Positions 53,665 to 64,000 of a stretch of 64,000 nucleotides of DNA are shown here, one piece after another. This DNA is from the human T2T-CHM13v2.0 reference genome, Homo sapiens. Each line of letters opens with the position of its first letter. Positions within the stretch are counted from its first letter, which is position 1. The position numbers and the translations under genes are program-made. The notes beneath the pieces are model-generated. The model saw only the letters and a program-made list of their open reading frames with translations, was not told where the DNA came from and did no database searches. The DNA lies in the NCBI RefSeq assembly GCF_009914755.1, contig NC_060930.1. The stretch is one strand, 5' to 3'.

Positions 53665-56600
53665 TGTATTACTCTGTTTTTACACTGCTGATAAAGACAT
53701 ACCAGAGACTGGGAAACTTACAAAAGAAAGAGGCTTAACTGGACTCACGGTTGCATGTGACTGGGGAGGCCTCACAATCACGATGGAAGACAAGGAGGAG
53801 CAAGTCTCATCTTACATGTGGCAGCAGGCAAAAAAAGAGCTTGTGCAGGACAACTCCTTTTTTAAAACCATCAGATCTCTTGAGACCCATTCACTATCAT
53901 GAGAACAGCATGGGAAAGACCCCCCTTCATTATTCAGTCATCTCCTACTGGGTCCCTCCCATAACATGTGGAAATTATGGGAATTATAAGATGAGATTTG
54001 GGTGGGGACACAGAGCTAAACCATATCATTCCGCCCCCTGCCCCACTCAAATCTCCTATCTTCACATTTCAAAACCAGTCATGCCATGCCTTCCCAACAG
54101 TCCCCCAAATTCTCAACCCATTTCAGCATTAACTCAAAAGTCCACAGTCCAAAGTCTCATCCAAGTCAAGTCATGTCCCTTCCACCTATGAGCCTGTAAA
54201 ATCGAAAACAAGTTAGTTACTTCCTAGATACAATGAAGGTACAGGCATTGAGTAAACATACCCATTCCAAATGGAAGAAATTGCCAAAACAAAGGGGCTA
54301 CAGGCCCCATGCAAGTCTGAAATCCAGTGGAGCAGTCAAATCTTAAAGCTCCAAAATGAGGTCCTTTGACTCCATGTCTCACATCCAGGTCATGCTGATC
54401 CAAGAGGTAGGTTCCCATAGTCTTGGGCAGATCTGCCCCTGTGGCTTTGCAGGGTACAGCTATTGGGGGAAACCAGCCCCCGATATTCAACATGGGTTCT
54501 TTTCTGTTTCCTTAAGTGTTGGTGGGTCTGAGAAATAAAGGGAAAGAGTACAAAAGAGAGAAATTTTAAAGCTGGGTGTCCGGGAGAGACATCACATGGC
54601 GGCAGGTTCTGTGATGCCCCCTGAGCCATAAAACCAGCAAGTTTTTATTAGCAATTTTCAAAGGGGAGGGTGTGTACGAATAGGGTGTGGGTCACAGAGA
54701 TCACATGCTTGAAGGGCGACAAAAGATCACAAGGCAGAAGGTCAGGGTGAAACTAGAATCACTAATGAACTTCCATGTCCTGCTGTGCACGCATTGTCAG
54801 GGTTCAAAAGCAGAGAACCGGTCTGACTAGAATTCGCCAGGCTGGAATTTCCTAATCCTAGCAAGCCTGGGGGCACTGCAGGAGACTAGGGCATGTTTCA
54901 TCCCTATCTACATCTGCATAAAGGCAGACACTCCCAGGGCAGCCATTTTAGAGGCCCCGCCCTGGGAATGCATTCTTTCCTCAGAATTATTAATTATAAT
55001 AATTAATATTGATTAGTTATAATTAATATGATTAATAATAATTAATCATATTAATAATTCTGTTAATTATTAATATTCCTTACTGGGGAAAGAATTCAGC
55101 AATATTTCTCTTACCCATTTTCAGTAATAAGAGAAATATGGTTCTTTCCTGACTGGCCCACAGGCAGCCAGACTTTCAGGTTATCTACCTTGTTCTCTGA
55201 ACATCACTGTTACCCTGTTCTTAAGGTGCCCAGATTTCATATTGTTCAAACAATTTGGGCAGTTAACACAATCATCACAGGGTCCTGAGGCGACGTTCAT
55301 CCTCAGCTTACGAAGATGACAGGATTAAGAGATTAAAGTAAAGACATGCAGAGGGAATCACAAGAACATTGATTGGGGAAGTGATAAGTGTCCATGAAAT
55401 CATCACAATTTATGTTCAGAGATTGCAGTAAAGACAGGCGTAAGAAATAATAAAACTATTAATTTGGGGAACTAATAAATGTCCATGAAATCTTCACAAT
55501 TTATGTTCTTTTGCCATGGCTTCAGCCAGTCCCTCCATTCAGGGTCCCTGACTTCCTGCAACAACTGCCTCACTCCAGGCTGCTTTCACGGGCTGGCACT
55601 GGGTGTCTGTGGCTTTTCCTGGTGCACGGTGCAAGCTGTCAGTGGATCTACCATTCTGGGGTCTGGAGGATGGTGATCCTCTTCTCATAACTACACTAGG
55701 TGATACCCCAGTAGGGACTCTGTATGGGGGCTCCCAACCCACATTTCCCTTCTAAACTGCCCTAGCAGAGGTTCTCCATGAGGACCTCATGTATTCTTGG
55801 TCTTCTTTATAAAATTATGCTGGGCACCCAGGCATTTCCATACGTGCTCTGAAATCTAGGGGAAGGTTCCCAAACCTCAATTCTTGACTTCTCTGCACCT
55901 GCAGGTTCAACACCATGTGGAAGCTGCCAAGGCTTGAGGCTTGCACCCTCTGAAGCCATGGCTGAACTCTTAAGTTTGCTCCTTTCAGCCCAGGCTGGAG
56001 TGGCTGGGATGCAGGGCACCAAGTCCCTAGTCTGCACACAGCACAGGGCCCACACATGAAACCACTTTTTCCTCATAGGTCTCCAGGCCTGTGACGCACA
56101 TGAAACCATTTTTTTCCTCATAGGCCTCCAGGCCTGTGACGGGAAGGGATGCTGTGAAGACCTCTGACATGCCCTGGAGAAAATTTCCCCATTGTCTTGG
56201 AAATTAACATTTGGATCTTTGTTACTTATGCAAATTTTTGCAACTGGCTTGGATTTTGCCTTAGAAAATGGGCTTTTCTTTTCTATCACGTTGTCAGGCT
56301 ATGAATTTTCTGAACTTTTATGTTGTGCTTCCCTTATAAACTGAATGCCTTTAACAGCACCCAAGTCATCTCTTGAATGCTTTGCTGCTTAGAAATTTCT
56401 TCCACCAGATACCCCAAATCATCTCTCTCAAGTTTGAATTTTCACAAATCTCTAAGGCCGGGGCAAAATCCTGCCGGTCTCTTTGCTAAAACATAACAAG
56501 AGTCACCTTTGCTCCAGTTCCCAAGAAGTTCCTCAATCTGAGACCACCTCAGCCTGGACGTTATTATTCATATCACTATCAGCATTTTTGTCAATGCCAT

Positions 56601-57123
56601 TCAACAAGTCTCCAGGAAGTTCCAACATTTCCCACATTTTCCTGTCTCCTTCTGAGTCTTCCAAACTGTTTCAACCTCTGCCTGTTACCCCGTTTCAAAG
56701 TTGCTTCCACATTTTCAGGTATCTTTTCAGTAGTACCCCACTCCTGGTACCAGTTTACTGTATTTGTCCATTTTCATGCTGCTGATAAAGAAATAACAGA
56801 GATTGGGCAATTTACAAAAGAAAGAGGCTTAATTGGACTCACAGTTCCACATGGCTGGGGAAGCCTCACAATCACGGCAGAAGGCAAGAAGGAGCAAGTC
56901 ATATCTTATGTGGATGGTGGCAGGCAAATAAAAGCTTGTGCAGGGCAACTCCTGCTTTTAAAACATCAGATCTCATGAGACCCATTCACTATCACAAGAA
57001 CAGCATAGGAAAGACCCACCCCCACAATTCAGTCATCTCTCACTGGGTTCCTCTCACAACATGTGGGAATTATGGGAGCTACAAGATGAGATTTGGGTGG
57101 AGAAACAGAGCCAAACCATATCA
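53665..57123 (-). mobile_element. Complete THE1B MaLR element (LTR-int-LTR)
   Basis: LTRs at 53665-54028 and 56759-57123 (~364 bp), internal region between them, 5-bp TSD tgatg on both sides. Confidence 0.95.
54461..55563 (-). mobile_element. MER11A-like solo LTR nested in THE1-int
   Basis: tattgggggaa..ccgatattcaac ... ccatggcttcagcc..gtccctgacttcctgcaaca; TSD acagc/actgc. Confidence 0.93.
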
Positions 57124-57779
57124 TGATGTGACATTACATGACATGATGTGACATTACAACATAATAGAGAATGATTGGGTGGGTGCTGGATGTATGCTAG
57201 ACAAAAAAATAAACCTTGAACAAGACAGAATGACCAAAAGGAGTTATAAGAAAGAAGATTCACTCAGTGTCAAGCATGGTAATCTGTTTTCTTCACTGGA
57301 TTTCAATTTTAAGAATGCTTTGTTTGAGGAAAGAAAATGACACCGGATTTAATCTTGACACATGGTATCAAGAAGCTTTCAAAAAAGAAGCCTTTCTTCT
57401 TTCACCTCTTGGTTCTAGGCCTATGCCCTCTCTATGGGAGTATGTTGTTTGTGCCTAATGTGTCAGTGGAGTTTGGGGTATTAAACTGCAATTAATGTAC
57501 AAATCAAAACATAGAAAATTGCCTCTCATCACAAATAAAAGCACAGAAAATTAGTTGGTATGATAGAAAAAACTAGAAATACTCAAAGTTGATAATCCCT
57601 TTTGCTAAGCAAATATATGACATAAATGACAATTTGTACACAGTTTAGAAATTTTGCCTGTAATTTGTCTAAATGATTGACTTAGACAAAATAAAAAGGA
57701 ACCAATGCTTCAGGTATTCTATAAACAGTTTTGCAGAAGTTACCAGTAGATTCTACAGCCTTTGCATTGGAGAGTCTCA

Positions 57780-58010
57780 CAGTGCAGTGATTACAGCGGA
57801 GATGCTAGAGTGACACATCAAGTCAAGCCCTGGCTGTACAAATTACCAGCCAGCTTTCCTTAGCAATATCCTTACTATCTCTGAACCATCTCCTTATCAT
57901 CTGTAAAATGGGGCTAATATGATCCACCTCCTATTTTGGATTAAAAGAGATGCTGAATATAATGTGATCTGAAAAGTGCTTGGCACTTAGAAGGGGCAGC
58001 AAGCAATGAA
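57780..58010 (+). mobile_element. MIR
   Basis: MIR core ctctgaacc..tcatctgtaaaatggggctaata. Confidence 0.65.
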
Positions 58011-59146
58011 CAGTAGTTTGTGCATAAATATTAATTTAAAATTTACCTCTACAAAAAAATTTAGAAAATAAAAACCCATTTTGTAAGAATGCACCAGATT
58101 TCAGAACACTAGAAGAGTTTCTTAGTTTTATTTCCCCAAATGTTTTAGTTATTACAGTTTTAATTTATGGTTGGTATTGAAAATTTGATAGCAGCAGCAA
58201 AACTATCCATTTTGTTAAATTAATTAAAAGTCACAACACCAAGATGCACCTTAGGATACACTAAAAAATTCTCTATTTCCCATTTATTTTACTGTGGGAA
58301 AATACATTTTCCTCACTTGTTTCAGCAAAGTAATCAGAATATTTCTGAGTTAATTATTTTTTGTTCATTAATCCATGCTTAAATGTTACTAAATCCTATC
58401 TTATTAACAGATTTATTATTTTATCTTTTATAATCACTATGACTGAATATTTCTTTGAAATGGCAATGTCTGCAATGGGAAGCTAGAACAGCATGAATGT
58501 CTCTAAAAACAAGGTTGCAGATGGATTTTGAAGTTTATTCTTTTTGCATCAGTTTATAGTCACGGCTTTTGCCTAAACCTTAAAGTAACATGTTTCTAAT
58601 CTTATTCTTTGACGTATTTTTTTTAAATGAGCTTAAAAAATTTTTAAGAATAGATTCTGGATATTCTTTTGGTGACAGAACAAACAAACAGGCTATATAT
58701 GAAAGAGATATATAAATTATCCATCTGTTTGGCACAGTTCTTGCATATTTTATGAAAATGTCTTCTTGTGTCTTCTTTTATAATTATTTTATAGGCTATA
58801 ATACCACACCTCTAGAAACATAAGTTCATATAGTAGATTTCAAAAGTAGCCATACTTCGTTGTAGTTCTATTAAGCTACTCCCATCAAAAAGTACAGTCG
58901 GTTTCTCTGTCCCTTAAATTAAAGTTCGCCTTGTGACTTCTTTTGACCAATAAAATGTTGTGGAAGTGATGTCCAAATATTAAGCTGGGCTTCTGAAGGT
59001 TTTAAATGCTTCTGCTCTCCCTCTTGGAATTCCTCCACCAATTAAAATATACAGAAAAGCATAAAGAATAATCTAAATTATGTCAATTTTCTTCCCCCTA
59101 AACTAGTAGTGATAACTTATTGTCAGATTTGCCAGGTTGTTTTTAA

Positions 59147-59466
<320 letters not shown>

Positions 59467-59572
59467 TATTTTTTAAATGTTTGTGAGTACATAGTAGGTG
59501 TATGTATTTACGGTGTACATGAGATGTTTTGATACAGGCACGCCAGGGAAAATAAGCATATCATGGGGAATG
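59467..59572 (-). mobile_element. Short 5'-truncated L1MA 3' end
   Basis: gtacatagtaggtgtat..gtacatgagatgttttgatacaggca; outer TSD agatttgccag at 59125-59135 and 59573-59583. Confidence 0.85.
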
Positions 59573-59961
59573 AGATTTGCCAGTTTTTAAAGAACTAAAG
59601 CTTACAAATAAAGTCCTCTTTAATCTTTCTAACATTACATCACTTGCCATTCTTCATCGTTAGCCCTCCATAGCAGATGCTAAGAATTGTGCACCCAGTT
59701 TTCCAGTATCTATCTATCATTTATTTACCTATTTATTCATTCATCTATCTGTATATCTAGATGTGCATACATACATATATGCAGATACAAAACCTCATAC
59801 ACACATACATGTATATATGTAGGCATAAATGCTATATATACATATGTGATTACTGGCCAATATATACTCTTTGGGGATAGTAGTTTCTATTTGCATAAAT
59901 GGTGTTTTTCTTCATATATCATTCTGCACATCTTATTTCTTCTCATTATGTTTTTGAAATA

Positions 59962-60276
59962 CAGTCAGCCCTCCATATCAGTGGGTTCCACATCTACAGA
60001 TTCAACCAACCATGAATTGAAAACATTCAGCAAAAAACAATAAAAATAACAATACAGCAATAAAAAAATTTAAAAATAAGTATAGCAACTATTTGTATAG
60101 CATTTACATTGTATTAAGTATTATAAGTAATCTAAAGATTAAAGTATCCTGGAAGTTGTACATAGGTTATATGCAAATACTAGGTCATTTTACATAAGGG
60201 ACTTGAATGTCTGTGAATTATGATATCCATGGGAGTCCTGAAATAAATTCTCCTCGGGCACAGAGGGAGGACCATC
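59962..60276 (-). mobile_element. MER2 (TcMar-Tigger) MITE
   Basis: cagtcagccctccatatc..gattcaaccaacc..gcatttacattgtatta..aggttatatgcaaatac..taagggacttga. Confidence 0.85.
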
Positions 60277-61744
60277 TATTCTTGTTGATATCTAAAAATC
60301 TGATTCACCTTTTTCAATCTTACATTGTTTGACTTCATCACATTTTATTCATTTGTTCTCCTATTTCAGGGCACTTAAGAATGTTTCCCATTTTTGAAAT
60401 AGTAGTATACAATAATGGGCATCATTGCTTTATTTTTGCACATTTTAAAGAATTTCTCTAGGTACATATCCAGAAACAGTTTTGCTTATGCAAAGGATGT
60501 GGTTGATATGTATTTTTCATTACTGTTTCAAATGTATTGAACACTTCATTTACATTTCAGTATTTTCCAAATTGTGAGTGAATCCTTGCTTTCCAATATG
60601 GAATAAGGAAAAAATCCCCAGTCTTTCTTTCTGAAATGGTGCAGGTTTGGGAATTACATTCCACTCATCAGACACAGCTTTACTACCCTAATATGCATAA
60701 GACAGCTACAAAAGAAAACAGAAAGCTTAAGGCATGCACTTGGCTAGCATGGGAGCAATGTTAAAGAAGCATGTAACTGGGTTCAGTGGTGTTAATGGCA
60801 GCACAGCCTCATGGCAAGGGCATCACAAGACAGTACATAACTGAACAGTAACAGCAGCTCCTATTTGGACAATTTTGCAGTGTGGTTTTGCTCCTTGTCT
60901 CTGTAACATTAGCCTAGAGTTTATTTCTCCAGCTCTTCCAGCATTTCTGTAACTGTTCTCCAATAGATTTACTTAATGTTTAGGCATGTCAGGAGTCTGT
61001 ATTTAGAAACAAAGAAACTGATATACAAATGCTGTTAACTTTTTTACCAGATTCTGGCAAATTGCTCCCCAAAGACAATACACATTACTAATTTACAAGA
61101 ATAATATTTCCCCACTGAATGACAGATATTTATATTTTTTCCAAAACTGATAAATACTGTGCCTTGTCTTTTACTTCAATTTGCATTTTCCTATCAATGA
61201 GATTGAATGTAGTTCTATGAGATTTATATTTCCTTTCCTATAAAGTGATTGCTCATACACTTCATCACTTGTTCTATTGAGCTGCTACAAATGTGTTAAT
61301 TCATTGTTAATTCTGTGTTAATTCATTGTTATTATTAAAGGTCTAGTTAGAACTGTATTAGAATATACTACAAATAATAAATGTATATTTATTATATATT
61401 TTGTACCTGCATATATTTTTTCTCCCTCTGTTGTCTGCCTGCTAATCTTGTGAATGTCATCTTTTGCAGAAGAGGTTTTGTTGTCACTGTTTAATAAGTA
61501 CATGTTGTCAAATTTGTTGAGCCTTTCCAGCAGAACTTTCTTGTTTACAAAATTAATTTTTGTCTATAGTTTAAGAAATTGTTTTTTAAACAGGAGTCAG
61601 GAAACATTCTTTTATATTTTCTTCTGATAATTTTTAAATTTTTATTTTACATTTAGCTCTCCAAGTACTTGAAGTTATTTTATGTGTAGTGTGAGGTTGG
61701 GACCCAATTTTATATTTTTCATAAAGATAGCCAATGCCAAGAAC

Positions 61745-62140
61745 TGTGAAGAGTCTAATATTTTACCCTACAGGTAAGCTAAAATGTTTACCTCACCCCA
61801 TTATATGGATATTGGTAAAAGATGTGAGATTCCTGGGTCGATAATGACAGTTTACTAATTGTTGCAATCAACATTTTTTTTGCCCTGATTCCCAGAGTTT
61901 CAATTCCTACCAGGCAACATTAAGAGGATAAGGTGACACCTGCTCACATGCCACGGATTGCCTTATAAGAAAGGAACCCTGAGTTAAGGGAACCCAAATC
62001 TTTTATAAGGGAAGTAAGTATGCCTGCCTCTTGCTCTAGAAGGAGTCTTCCAAGTGTGTTGACTATAGAAATACTCTGAAATAACTATTGGAACAAAGAG
62101 GATGGCAGAAACACAAAGGACCTATGGGGAATGTATCTAA
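61745..62140. mobile_element. ERV solo LTR (tentatively LTR47-like) interrupting an old antisense L1M
   Basis: tgtgaag.gtct..attttacccta..aagctaa..gagattcctgggtc..ggaacccaaatcttttataa. Confidence 0.5.
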
Positions 62141-62610
62141 TAGCCCATTGTCTGGACAATATTTTCCTACTGAAATCTTTCCTCTTTCATGAAAAATTTC
62201 AAGATCAATATATATGAAACAAATGTATGCATACATTCTTGGCTTTATATTATGTTCTATTGATCCATGTGTTATAACGAATCCAGGTTCACATCATTTC
62301 ATCATTTTAATTAAAATCCCTTGTTTAAAACTTTATACGTGGTAATAGATGCCTATTACCCTTTTGTTTTTGTGAAAAACCAATTAGTTTTAGTTTTTTG
62401 GGAAAATTTACTCTTCCAAATTTATTTTAGAATCTGTTAAGGTTTTTGAACAACACTCGTAGATATTTTGTTTGAATGACATTAAATATAGAAATTAATT
62501 TGGAAAAAAATTATGTTTTTAGTGATGTGTCTTACCATCCACTGATATAGCATGCCTCTACATTTACTCAGGTCTTCCTTGAAAGCTCTGGAAATCTTTT
62601 ATTCACCATG

Positions 62611-63351
62611 TTATATGGTTTGGCTGTGTCCCCACTCAAAATCTCATATTGACTTATCCCCATAATCTCCACACGTTCAGGGCATGTATTAGTCTGTTCT
62701 CATGCCGCTAATAAAGACATACCCAAGACTGCATAATTTATAGGAAATTTATTATTTATAGGAAAGAATTTAATGGACTCCATTCCATATGGCTGAAGAG
62801 GCCTCACAATCATGGCAGAAGGCAAAGGAGAAGCAAGGGAACATCCTACATGGTAGCAGGCAACTTGTGCAGGGGAACTCCCATTTATAAAATCATCAGA
62901 CCTCATGCGATTTATTCACTACCACAAGAACAATATGGGGGAAACTGCCACCATGATTCAATTATCTCCACCTGGCCCTGCCCTTGACATGTGGGAATTA
63001 TTACAATTCAAGGTGAGATTTGTGTGGGAACAGAGCCAAACCATATCACGGCAGCAGCAGGTGGAGGTAATTGGACCATGGAGGTGGTTTCCCCCATGCT
63101 GTTCTCATGACAGTGAGTGACTTCTCATGAGATCTGACGATTTTATAAGCCTCTGGCACTGCCCCTGCTTGCACTCACTCTGTCCTGCCATCCTGGGTAT
63201 AAGGTGCCTGTTTCTCCTTTGCTTTCCACCACGATTCTAAGTTTCCTGAAGCCTCCTCAGCAATGCGGAACAGTGAGTCAATTAAACCCCTTTTCTTTAT
63301 AAATTACCCAGTCTCAGGTATTTCTTCATAGTGTGAGAATGGACTAATACA
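62611..63351 (+). mobile_element. THE1D-like LTR, split by a nested LTR
   Basis: atatggtttggctgtgtccccac at 62611-62684, resuming at 63049 and ending ggactaataca. Confidence 0.9.
62685..63048 (-). mobile_element. THE1C/B-like solo LTR nested in the THE1D LTR
   Basis: tgtattagtctgttctcatg..ccaaaccatatca; TSD gggca/cggca. Confidence 0.92.
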
Positions 63352-64000
63352 GTAAGTTGGTACCAAGGCAGTGGGGCACTGCTATAAGGATACCCGAAAA
63401 TATGGAAACAGCTTTGGAACTGGGTAACTTGAAGAGGCTGGAACAGTTTGGAGGGCTCAAAAGAAGACAGAAAAATATGGGAAAGTTTGGAACTTCCCAG
63501 AGACTTGTTATATGGCTTTGACCATAACGCTGATAGTGATATGGACAATGAAGTCCAGGCTGAGGTGGTCTCAGATGGAGATAAGGAACTTGTTGGGAAC
63601 TAAAGTAAAGGTGACCCTTGCTATGTTTTAGCAAAGAGACTGGTGGCATTTTGCCCCTGCCCTAGAGATCTGTGGAACTTTGAACTTGAGAGAGATGATT
63701 TAGGGTATCTGGCAGAAATTTCTAAGCAGCAAAGCATTCAAGAAAAAGCAAAGTATAAAGGTTTGGAAAATTTGCAGCCTGATGATGTGACAGAAAAGGA
63801 AAACCCATTTCCTGGAAAGAAATTCAAGCCAGCTGCAGAAATTTGCATAAATAACAAGGAGCCAAATGTTAATCACCAAGACAATGGGGAAAATATCTCC
63901 AGGGCATGTCAGAGACCTTCATTACAGCCCCTCCCATCACAGGCCCAGAGACCTAGGAGGGAAAAATCATTTCGTGGATTGGGCCAATGGTCCCCTTGCT
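63352..64000 (+). mobile_element. THE1-int, running off the window end
   Basis: gtaagttggtacc..agtggggcactgctataaggatacccgaaaa; homologous to 24906-25520. Confidence 0.93.

Noticed and set aside
57122-57158. 17-bp direct repeat at the THE1B boundary (similar 18-bp repeat at 61292/61314)
   Set aside because: Ordinary slippage-type micro-duplications with no functional hint.

Overview
This is AT-rich, CpG-depleted primate (human-like) non-coding DNA, either intergenic or a large intron. I found no CpG island, no recognisable host protein-coding exon, no tRNA/rRNA and no CRISPR array. About half or more of the window is transposon-derived. It holds nine Alus, a full-length inactive L1PA (36370-42574, minus, 16-bp TSD) and an older near-full-length L1MA (about 23211-30724) with nested insertions and a large deletion. 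It also holds a complete two-LTR THE1B carrying a nested MER11A, two THE1D LTR+internal copies (one with a THE1 solo LTR inside its LTR), a second MER11 solo LTR, MST/MLT/MER67-type LTRs, and several DNA-transposon, MIR and L2 relics. Recognisable ORF-track entries are repeat-derived and the rest look like chance ORFs. I see no convincing new multi-gene system. The most unusual feature is a 158-bp fold-back inverted duplication at 22194-22351 whose stem contains the miR-302/520-type AAGUGCU motif. Other items of note are a closely spaced inverted Alu pair, an AT-rich palindrome inside MER11A, a truncated L1 ORF0 and some enhancer-like or exon-like unique segments. Subfamily calls are from recalled consensus motifs, not from a RepeatMasker run.
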